A stretch of DNA of 33,080 bases, from positions 1 through 33,080 of the forward strand of contig SIAZ01000002.1 in assembly GCA_009695405.1 (NCBI GenBank). The letters are read 5' to 3'. The DNA comes from Pedosphaera sp. GTDB taxonomy: Bacteria > Verrucomicrobiota > Verrucomicrobiia > Limisphaerales > UBA9464. The notes under the pieces were generated by a model. It was not told where the DNA came from. It worked only from the letters and a program-made list of their open reading frames with translations, and did no database searches. Of the stretch, positions 9,915 through 18,562 are shown piece by piece. The translations under genes and the position numbers were made by a program. Within the stretch, counting starts at the first letter, position 1. Each line of letters begins with the position of its first letter.

Positions 9915-11171
9915 CTAACCACCAAACCGCGATTCCCTCGGTGCTCGGTAGTGGATGTTCAGTTCGGGTGTCGCTATACGACGATGGCCTTCAACTTTCG
10001 AGTCAAGGCAACGATCCAGCATGGCACTGGCGATCTGCGTTCGTTCGACTGGGTAGGGTGCACGACCGGTGACAATCATTTCTTCGATCTGCGCCACCAA
10101 ACAAGCGGAGTATGTGACGTTCGGTGTCGGAGGTAGGAAGAATTGTGTCGACCGGATCTCCCCGTTGGCGATTTGGGCGGCAAAGCAGAAATCACTAAGA
10201 GCCCCGTTGAGCATTAGCAATGTAGTGCGCAGGCCATCATTTCGTTCGATCAGGTATGCCGCAGGATTCTTGACCAGCTTGGGCAGTTGGCCGTTTTTGG
10301 AGAGATCTTGCGGGCGGGAGTCGAGATCGGAATCGCCTTGAAGTGAGTCGGAACGGGAGAGCGCCGCTTCGAGCAGACGATTTGACCAACGACCTTCTTC
10401 GCCGGCTCTCCACACCGCATCGCCTTCGATCAGTTGCACGGACTTGATGCCCGTCTCACCGCCCCGACGTCGCTCGACCATGCACTGCATTGCCTCCAGA
10501 GCGTGGAAATCCATCGGATCGGAACCGCCGACTCCCACCATGAGCGCCTCGTTCAGTTTTGCGCCGTAGGGGACTTCGACGGGTGGCAAGCGCCACGTCA
10601 CGGGAAGGGATGATCCCGCAAGAAACGGAAACTTCAGACGCTTGGAATCCGCTACCATCTTCCCTGCCTTTTCCCAACTATAGGATAAATGTTTGTCATT
10701 GAAGACCGGCACGGAACGACTGTCTTGCTCAAACACACCCACGCATTGTTCAAAAAACTCGTAACGCGGATATAGAATCTGTCCCTTGTGATTATGAGGA
10801 TAGTCGCCGTGTTCACCGATAATCACCACGGCATCGACGGACAATGTCTTGCCACCACAGCGCAGAGCTTCAGCGATGGTTGGATAAATCGTAAATCCAT
10901 GATCAGCGGCGCGCTGACGGCTGAGGTCTCCAGTGGGTTTTTGATCGACATAAAGAGAGACAACCTGGAGTGGCGGACGGTGCCATCCTCCGTGCCTCGG
11001 GTACCCGACCAAAAACCGGTCTCCCATATGTTGTGCATGGGACTGATACGTCCAGACCGTGGTGATGATGGCGATCCGTTTCGGAACAATCGCCGCGGTC
11101 ATGGCGGGAAGGACGGTTTCGGCCAGCGTTGCCGAGCCTAGGGCACCGAGAAAAGTACGTCGCGTGATCAT
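9915..11171 (-). CDS. Tat-signal protein of unrecognised family (paralog A, downstream gene)
   Basis: Twin-arginine leader MITRRTFLGALGSATLA. It shares long conserved blocks with the adjacent gene (VVSLYV.Q...DLSR.RA, IYPTI.EAL, IGEHG.YP.N.KGQ.LYPR.E.F.Q, PVFNDKHLS, AGSSLPVTWR.P, ERRRGGETG, PYP.ERT). Its ATG overlaps the upstream stop. Confidence 0.85.
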   Translation of the reverse strand: MITRRTFLGALGSATLAETVLPAMTAAIVPKRIAIITTVWTYQSHAQHMGDRFLVGYPRHGGWHRPPLQVVSLYVDQKPTGDLSRQRAADHGFTIYPTIAEALRCGGKTLSVDAVVIIGEHGDYPHNHKGQILYPRYEFFEQCVGVFEQDSRSVPVFNDKHLSYSWEKAGKMVADSKRLKFPFLAGSSLPVTWRLPPVEVPYGAKLNEALMVGVGGSDPMDFHALEAMQCMVERRRGGETGIKSVQLIEGDAVWRAGEEGRWSNRLLEAALSRSDSLQGDSDLDSRPQDLSKNGQLPKLVKNPAAYLIERNDGLRTTLLMLNGALSDFCFAAQIANGEIRSTQFFLPPTPNVTYSACLVAQIEEMIVTGRAPYPVERTQIASAMLDRCLDSKVEGHRRIATPELNIHYRAPRESRFGG

Positions 11172-12445
11172 TAAGTCCTCCAGAAAGTTGATTGCCGGGT
11201 GGGTTTATAAGGAAACATGAGGTGGGGCGTTTCGATCCGGCGTTGACTTTGAAATAGCGACTCGATTCCCGCTGCAGTCATGCCTGTCGTGAGCAGCGTT
11301 CGTTCGATTGGGTAAGGCGATTTCCCGGTGAGGAAGAGCGACTCAATGTGATGTACTTGCGGGCTGAAAAAATTCCGCATTGTGTAGTACGGCAGATAAA
11401 ACAGAACGGAGAAGATATTACCCCCCTTGATCCGAGCGGCGACGTTGCAATCCCCGACGACACTGCCTTTGAACTGCACGATCGATGCCTTCAATCCGTC
11501 GGCGTATTCGAATCGGTAGGCGTAGGAGTCCGGTGCCAGTCGGCGCAAGTCCTCCAGCGTCGGGAAAACATTACTGTAAGTGGCGCGAGGTGAATGGAGT
11601 TGATTACTGCGGGCGAGAGCGGCTTCGAGGAGCCTAGGATCCCAGCCACCTCTCTTCCAAGAACCGGCCGCCATGGCATTCCAAAATCGTTCACCGCGAA
11701 ACGCCTCAACCGCACGCACGCCCGTTTCACCCCCGCGTCGGCGTTCTAGGATCGATTGCATGGCTTCGATTACGTGAATGTCTCCTCCATCGAGCCCACC
11801 GCCCCAGACGCCCAGCACTTCTTCAACGGGCGCGGCAAACGGCAAATCAACGGCGGGTTGGCGCCACGTGACTGGCAAGGACGAACCGGCCATGAATCCA
11901 AAGCCGAGTTCTTTGGACGCATCGACCATCTGTTTCGCATAGTCCCAATTCCAGGAAAGATGCTTGTCGTTGAACACCGGCGCGGTTCGGCCACTATGGC
12001 GATACACGTCCAAGATCTGCTGGAAATACTCGCAGCGCGGATACAGCGTTTGCCCCTTCTCATTGACCGGGTATTTGCCGTGCTCGCCGATCAGCAGCAC
12101 GCCGTCCACGGCCAAGTCGGTCCCACCCTGGGTCAGCGCCTCCCTGATCGTTGGGTATATCTTCAACAGCGGATGTCGCGTTGCCCGCTCCCGACTTAGG
12201 TCATTGTCTCCCACCTGTTCCACATAGAGGGAAACGATGTCCATCGCCGGCCGGTGATGTCGCCCTTCCCACCCGTAGCCGTCCAAGAACCGATCCACGA
12301 TGTGTTGGGAATGCGAATATTTATGGTAAATCGTGGTGAGTGCCGCGATTCGCGGCCGCCGCCGTCCCTCAGCCCATGCACTCGGACCCAGCGCGAGTGT
12401 CGCTGTGGCTCCAGCAAGAAAGGACCGGCGTGTACAGTGCATCAT
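11171..12445 (-). CDS. Tat-signal protein of unrecognised family (paralog B, upstream gene)
   Basis: Twin-arginine leader MMHCTRRSFLAGATATLALGPSAWA. It is roughly 40-50% identical to paralog A by eye over the full length. Its TAA stop (11173-11171) shares one base with the ATG (11171-11169) of paralog A, giving a TAATG overlap. Confidence 0.85.
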   Translation of the reverse strand: MMHCTRRSFLAGATATLALGPSAWAEGRRRPRIAALTTIYHKYSHSQHIVDRFLDGYGWEGRHHRPAMDIVSLYVEQVGDNDLSRERATRHPLLKIYPTIREALTQGGTDLAVDGVLLIGEHGKYPVNEKGQTLYPRCEYFQQILDVYRHSGRTAPVFNDKHLSWNWDYAKQMVDASKELGFGFMAGSSLPVTWRQPAVDLPFAAPVEEVLGVWGGGLDGGDIHVIEAMQSILERRRGGETGVRAVEAFRGERFWNAMAAGSWKRGGWDPRLLEAALARSNQLHSPRATYSNVFPTLEDLRRLAPDSYAYRFEYADGLKASIVQFKGSVVGDCNVAARIKGGNIFSVLFYLPYYTMRNFFSPQVHHIESLFLTGKSPYPIERTLLTTGMTAAGIESLFQSQRRIETPHLMFPYKPTRQSTFWRT

Positions 12446-12801
12446 GCAGTTCCTTCAATCATTGGATTTCAGAAACCTTTGACTGAACGGAGCGGGTACT
12501 CAAGCGCGGATGCGATCACGAAGTCATCTCACAGGTTAGGCTCCGAACATCCAATTTTTGTTAATATACAAAACCCAAGCGTCACCCTGACGATCACCGA
12601 GCCTTGTGATAAATTACTCTCTTTAGCAATACCGATCTGATGACCGAGCGTCGGCGTATGATCTCAGCGGATTGCTTGCGCACGCCCCAATGGAAATTGA
12701 TCCACTACCGAGGGAGGTAAAGCCTCTTGAACGACCGACCTAAGCAGTGACCGACAAGTAACCATTGAAACGACGCCATTAAAACGAACAGCATCGGTCC
12801 A

Positions 12802-15800
12802 ATGAACAAGGTTGGCTTCAAGGCGATTCTTATTACGGTCATTGCGCTGCCGATTCTTGTTTGGGGTCAACGGGCTGTCGATCCCGATCCGAACAAGGTG
12901 TTGCTCAAGAAAATCCCAGATAAGCTTATTGTTCTAACCTTCGATGATGCACCAGCCAGTCATGCGACCGTTGTCGCACCGATTCTTAAAGACCTCGGCT
13001 TTGGTGGTTCCATCTATGTCTGTGATTTCGATTCGTTCAAGACACGAAAAGATTGGTATCTGACCTATCGTCAGATGAATAGCCTCCATGCGGATGGGTT
13101 CGAAATTGGCAACCACACTCTGGGCCACCAATCGGGATACGAGCCTGTTTTGGCTATGGAAGATCAGGTGCTCGCCCACGGAGGTCCGAGGACGACAACA
13201 CTTTGTTGGCCGATCTATTATGTGAACTGGACGGATTGCCCGAAACTTTCTGCCCGCGGCTACACCTTTGCCCGCGGAGGGCATGAACGACCCTATCGAC
13301 CAACGGTTGATAATCCATTTGATGTACCGTCTTTTTCAGTGACCGATGGGCTCTCAATCGAAGATTTTATCAAGCGAGTGCAACAGGCGTGCCAAGGAAG
13401 GGTGGTGGTCCTTACTTTTCACGGAGTACCCGATATGGAGCATCCGCCGGTGAGTCTGGAACCCTCGACTTTCAAGGCAATGATGCAGTATTTAAAGGAG
13501 AACAATTATCAGTGTATCGCTCTGCGTGACATGGCCAACTATATTGATCCGATCAAAGCGGCCACCTTGCCTCGAACCTCTAACAGTGCAAATGGCGCAC
13601 CTCCCTTCATCAGCATTCAGGACGAAAAGCCTTTCGTCCCGCCCTTCTCAAAAGACATTCAAGAATTCCGTTTTCCTCATCTATCTCCGGCCCGTATTTC
13701 TAAGACCGAAATCCGCTTAACCGTTCCTTATGCCACAGACGTCACCGCGCTGGTGCCACAAATCAAAGTATCCGCTGATGCCACCGTCACACCCATCGCC
13801 GGCGTTCCTCGTGACTTTTCTAAACCGCAGACTTACACCGTCACCGGGCGAGATGGCACGACAAAGAGTTATGCCGTTACTCTGAAAAAGACCACTGTTA
13901 GTGAGGCCAAGGACATTCTCAGTTTCCAGCTACCGATGGAGCACACTTCCGCTCTTACTAAAAATCGAATTAGCGTAACCGTGCCGACGCGTACTGACCT
14001 GAAAGCTTTAGCGCCGACCTTTACCCTATCGCGATTTGCTACGGCGATTCCAGCTTCGGGGACGCCCCTCGATTTTACTAATCCGCAGACTTACACCCTC
14101 ACCGCTCAGGACGGTTCCTCCCAAACCGTCAGGGTGAGGGTGATCAAGAACGACAAGGTGAAGGCGTTCACTTGGAGCAAAGCGGAGGAGGGAAACTGGA
14201 GCGATGCCACTCGATGGTCGAACGACCGATTTGCCGGCGCCGTGTCTCCGCGCACCGATCAGGCGGACACTCTTTTGAGATTTAACCAAGGAGGCGCCTG
14301 CACGGTGAGGAATGATTCGAAAATGAATTTTTACCTCAACCAACTCATTTTGAGCGATCGTGCTGGAGGATTAGTGCTCAGTGGCAATGGGCTGACCTTT
14401 ACCAAAGAACCGTTCAATAACTTACTGCCGATGATCCATGCCAATCAGTGCCAAAGGGTTGATATCAATGTACCTTTGACACTGTTCGATGACCTCACCG
14501 TGTGGACTTCCCCTGACAAAGATCCCAACTGCTTCATTAGTTTTAACGAAGTGATCGCCGGCCCCCGAGCCCTGGTGCTAAGCAGTGCGGGTGAAGCCGA
14601 TGTCGCTAACATCAACTTTCACGATGTCCATTTTGGAATCCTACAACTGAACGCAGCCAACACCTACAGTGGCGGGACCGTTATTAACGGTGGCAAAATC
14701 GGAGTAAGAAAAGCTACCGGCTTAGGAACCGGTCCGGTGACCTTGGATCAGTTTGGCACATTATCCACCGAGAGCCCAATAACCAACGCGGTGAATATTC
14801 ACCAAGGAACGCTCTTTCATTGCGCCTTAAGCGGTCCAGTTACGCTTCATGGAATTGCGAGATTTATTGGTGATTGTCATCTTTCCGGCGAGCTAAGTGG
14901 TGCAGGTGGCTTTACTCTCTTAGGTGTTAATGGGACTTATCTTAATACAATCCTCGGTGGCACTGTGACCCTCCACGGAACTAACACTTATACAGGGCCA
15001 ACCACAATTTTCCTCGGCACCTTAAGTGTCAAAAAGACCGCAGGCCTCTACAACGGAGATGATACGAAGTGGACCCCAGCAAACATCACTATTCACAAAG
15101 CTGCAACCTTGCGACTCAACGTCGGTGGCGTGGGTGAATTCACTGGCGAACAGGTTGGCAAGTTGCTCAGAAACCTGACCGATTCAACTGAAGCTTATGG
15201 CTTGATGGGAGGGTCGTTTCTGTGTCTAGACACGGTTCACGCCACAGAAAATGTCATCCTTTCGGCAGACCTAAAGGATTCAAAAGGAATCGCCGGTGGC
15301 GCGTTTCTTTTCAAAAAATGCGGCACTGGAGTGATACAACTTTCGGGAAATAATACCTATACTGGTCAGACGGTTCTGGAGAGTGGAACCTTAGTTGTTT
15401 CCTCACTCAACAGCTTCACCCGAGGGAAAGGCAGGGCCAGCAGTAGCCTCGGAGCGCCAATGGACATCGAGGCAGGGGAAATTGTGATTGGCGAAGAGGG
15501 CAAGGACGGTGAGTGCTCCTTGATTTACACGGGCCCGGGGGAAGTTTCCGACCGCATACTGAATCTGGCAGGGCAACACTCTTCGGTGAACCTCCGTCAA
15601 TCTGGTAGTGGCCTACTGAAGTTCACCAGCGACCTCCTCATTTCTGGCTATGGAGCAAACAAATCACTAACGATCGAAGGGGACACTGTAGGCATGGGAG
15701 AATTCGCTGGAACCCTCTCCGACCCTCATGACCGAACCGGTAAAGCGACCACCTCCCTCATAAAATCGGGTAAAGGCACTTGAATACTTTCCGGTAAGAA

Positions 15801-16041
15801 CACTTTTAGAGGCCCTACAACCGTCAAGCAGGGCACCCTGTCTCTCTCCGATTCCCACAGCCTCGCCGCAAACACTGAGGTCACAATTGCGCCCGACGCG
15901 ATGCTAGGGTTGAACTTCAAAGGCCAAATGAACCTCCGCCAACTTACCCTCAACGGAAAAATTCAATCGCGTGGAACCTACGATGCTGCGAGTACTCCGA
16001 GATTTCTGAAGGGATCTGGGACACTCTACGTTCAACCCTGA
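12802..16041 (+). pseudogene. surface protein: NodB-type polysaccharide deacetylase domain + two Ig-like beta-sandwich repeats + autotransporter-associated beta-strand (PATR) repeats, with an in-frame TGA at 15781-15783
   Basis: Signal peptide MNKVGFKAILITVIALPILVWG. Deacetylase motifs LTFDDAPASH and GNHTLGH. Two ~75-aa repeats (..VPYATDVTALVPQI...PRDFSKPQTYTVTGRDGTTKSYAVTL / ..VPTRTDLKALAPTF...PLDFTNPQTYTLTAQDGSSQTVRVRV). PATR units such as KKCGTGVIQLSGNNTYTGQTVLESGTLVV. After the TGA the same frame continues for 85 codons: ILSGKNTFRGPTTVKQGTLSLSD...GSGTLYVQP, ending at a stop at 16039-16041. Confidence 0.8.
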
Positions 16042-16076
16042 TCGAACAACTCTATGGTAAGAAAGGTGTTAGTGGC

Positions 16077-17015
16077 TTGCGCGACGATTCACTTCACGCT
16101 TCGATCGTCTCCGTGACGTTTCTATTCCGTTCATTGCCTCTCGTTGCTTGGCTCTTCTTCTTGATCCCACTGCTTCGAGCGGAAGAATCCGCAGACAAAT
16201 TTGCTAAGCGCGATACCAAAAAAAAGGGGGATAATCCGGCTGATCAACTGGCTTGGATTGACGGTCCGACGACCGCTAAACTCGACACGCGTGCCACCTT
16301 CCGTTTGCCGTCCGATTACAAATTTTTGGAGAAGAAAGATGCGAACAAATTCCTCCGATTAACCGGCAACAATCCTCGGGGCGATGAAACGGGGCTTCTC
16401 TTTCATAAAAAAGAGGAGTGGTGGGTGATTTTTGAGTTCGACGAAATTGGCTATGTCAAAGACGACGACAAAAAGGATCTTGATGCCGATAAACTATTGG
16501 AGTCCTACCGCGCGGGGACTGAGTCAATGAATGAACAACGCAAAGCGGATGGTGCACCACCCATTCGCATTTTAGGTTGGCATGTTCGTCCCTCTTACAA
16601 TGATGAAACCAAGAACCTAGAATGGAGTGTCGAAGCGGAGAGTCAGGGAAAGAAATTCGTCAATTATAACGTCCGCCTTCTAGGCCGCAAAGGGGTCACC
16701 AAAATAACCTTGATCGAAGATCGTGAAAACATCGATGACACCCTGCCCCGATTCCGCAGCGTCCTGAAATCCCATCAGTATGTTGACGGTGAGACCTATG
16801 CGGAGTACCGGCAGGGGGATACAATCGCCAAATACGGACTCGGAGCTCTGGTCCTCGGAGGCACCGCGGCGGCGGCGGCTAAGTTTGGCCTGTTAGGTCC
16901 TGTGATCCTTTTTTTCAAGAAAGCTTGGAAAGGAATTGCGATCGCTTTGGTTGCCGCTGGTTCTTGGCTTAAATCCTTCTTTGGTGGCCCGCAGAAACAT
17001 AAAAAGCTCGAGTGA
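16077..17015 (+). CDS. DUF2167-family membrane-anchored protein
   Basis: Family-like blocks WIDGPTTAKLDTRATFRLPSDYKFL, GYVKDDDKKDLDADKLLES, ILGWHVRPSYNDETKNLEWS and VNYNVRLLGRKGV, plus C-terminal TM segments. The start is uncertain: TTG at 16077 or GTG at 16113. Confidence 0.7.
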   Translation: MRDDSLHASIVSVTFLFRSLPLVAWLFFLIPLLRAEESADKFAKRDTKKKGDNPADQLAWIDGPTTAKLDTRATFRLPSDYKFLEKKDANKFLRLTGNNPRGDETGLLFHKKEEWWVIFEFDEIGYVKDDDKKDLDADKLLESYRAGTESMNEQRKADGAPPIRILGWHVRPSYNDETKNLEWSVEAESQGKKFVNYNVRLLGRKGVTKITLIEDRENIDDTLPRFRSVLKSHQYVDGETYAEYRQGDTIAKYGLGALVLGGTAAAAAKFGLLGPVILFFKKAWKGIAIALVAAGSWLKSFFGGPQKHKKLE

Positions 17016-17059
17016 GATCCTCTCTAATCGCCCGCTGATCTGCCCCGTTATTTTGAGTC

Positions 17060-17657
17060 GTGCTGATCGCTTTTCATAAACCTTACGGGGTCCTGTCTCA
17101 GTTTACTCCGGGAGGGGTCCCCCAACCGAACTCTCGCCCTCTTTGGCTTGCCCAAGCAGGTCTACGCCTTGGGCCGATTGGATGCCGATTCAGAAGGGTT
17201 GCTCCTCTTAAGCGACGAACCGGGATTGAATACCCGATTGTTGGATCCCCAACGAGGTCATCCCCGAACTTACTGGGCGCAGATTGAACGAATCCCGTCG
17301 GCAGATACCCTTCTGCGACTTCAAGGAGGTCTCGACATCCAAGGCTACCGCACTCGCCCCTGTCGCGCTTGGATGTTAGATCCTCAGCCAGATATTTCTC
17401 CGCGCGATCCGCCAATTCGCTCTCGTAAAACAGTGCCTGACTGCTGGATTGGCTTGGAATTGCACGAAGGTAAAAATCGGCAGATCCGGCGTATGACCGG
17501 AGCGGTCGGACATGGCACTCTTCGATTGATTCGTGTCCGCATTGGCGCATTGGATCTGGGATCTCTCGCTACCGGGGCTTGGCGTGAACTTCCCCTCGCT
17601 GAACGTCGACAAGTGCTCTCGCAACCTCCAGCGGGCACTTTTCCTCTCCCCTGCTGA
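17060..17657 (+). pseudogene. rluE: RluE/RsuA-family pseudouridine synthase, frameshifted in a G4/C5 tract (17114-17123)
   Basis: Frame 1 (GTG 17060) reads LIAFHKPYGVLSQFTPGG. Frame 2 reads SPNRTLALFGLPKQVYALGRLDADSEGLLLLSD...PPIRSRKTVPDCWIGLELHEGKNRQIRRMTGAVGHGTLRLIRVRIG. Skipping one G of the GGGG run restores a continuous protein. That protein is colinear with E. coli RluE as I recall it (KPYDVLPQFTDEAGRKTL..VYAAGRLDRDSEGLL). Confidence 0.75.
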
Positions 17658-17665
17658 CCGCCCCA

Positions 17666-18388
17666 TCACTTCATTCCCACGTAGAGCCGATGAACGTCAT
17701 CATGGTCATCGATGGCATTCAAAAATTCACTAACCTGAGCCTTCTCAGCATCACCGAGTTCGACTGGATTCTTGGCAACGAAACGGATTTCACTCGCTGA
17801 AAGTTTCCAACCCGCTTTGGATAACCAAGTGCTAACCGTGGACAAATCTTTTGACTCAGTAAGAAAGCGATTCCCGAGGGTTCCCTCTGGGATTTCATCA
17901 GGATCTAACGCTTCTACATTCTGTGCACCGGCCTCAATGGCGTCGCTTTCCGGATCGCGAGCCCTATCGGTATGAGTGGCCTCGACGACCCCCAACCGTT
18001 CAAAGAAAAAAGCCATACTACCGGGTTGGCCTAACTGACCGTCTTTAAAAAGGCGACGTAGTTCCGGAGCGGTTCGATTCCGATTGTCGGTCATGCACTC
18101 AACGATAACGGGGATCTTATGGGGACCGAATCCTTCATAAACAATGGTTTCAAAGTCGACTTTTTCATCCAGCAGTCCTGCGCCCTTTTTGATAGCACGT
18201 TCAATCGTATCCTTGAAAACACTGGCTTTCTTTGCCTTTTCAACGGCGGCAGCGAGTCGGGCATTCGACTCGACTTCCGCGCCACCTAATTTAGCGGCGA
18301 CCATGATTTCGCGGGTTAATTTCCCCACGACTTGACCTTTCTTTTGTGCGGCGGCTTCGCGGCCGGCTTGTTTCCATTGGGCTCCCAT
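17666..18388 (-). CDS. yebC: YebC/PmpR-family DNA-binding transcriptional regulator
   Basis: Typical length (240 aa) and family blocks: KLTREIMVAAKLGG..ESNARLAAAVEKAKKASVFKDTIERAIKKG, YEGFGPHKIPVIVECMTDNRNRTAPELRRLF and DDHDDVHRLY. Confidence 0.85.
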   Translation of the reverse strand: MGAQWKQAGREAAAQKKGQVVGKLTREIMVAAKLGGAEVESNARLAAAVEKAKKASVFKDTIERAIKKGAGLLDEKVDFETIVYEGFGPHKIPVIVECMTDNRNRTAPELRRLFKDGQLGQPGSMAFFFERLGVVEATHTDRARDPESDAIEAGAQNVEALDPDEIPEGTLGNRFLTESKDLSTVSTWLSKAGWKLSASEIRFVAKNPVELGDAEKAQVSEFLNAIDDHDDVHRLYVGMK

Positions 18389-18562
18389 GTCTTGAGAGAA
18401 GCGAAAGTCCCCCCCTCGTTGGAAGCTTGAATTCTCATCAAGTGCAAAAAAGCTCCAAAAAAAGAAGCGCTGTGACCGCCCTGCCCACAGAGAATTTTGA
18501 GACTCTTTAGCCAGTAAGCTTGTCTACCTTAGAATGAATTGGCTAGTCTACGTACTTCGCTC

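Noticed and set aside
15781-15783. The in-frame TGA codons (also 26897-26899) might indicate an alternative genetic code or selenocysteine.
   Set aside because: TGA terminates several intact genes at family-appropriate C-termini: 2297-2299, 17655-17657, 23802-23804, 24368-24370 and 31282-31284. The 15781 site aligns with Leu/Trp, not Cys, in the repeat consensus. I see no SECIS-like hairpin. The second gene also carries a TAA stop and a frameshift.
18071-18085. A tRNA-like T-loop motif, ggttcgattcc.
   Set aside because: It lies inside the yebC coding sequence. The flanking bases do not form a T-stem (agcgg versus ccgat), and no acceptor or anticodon arms are evident.
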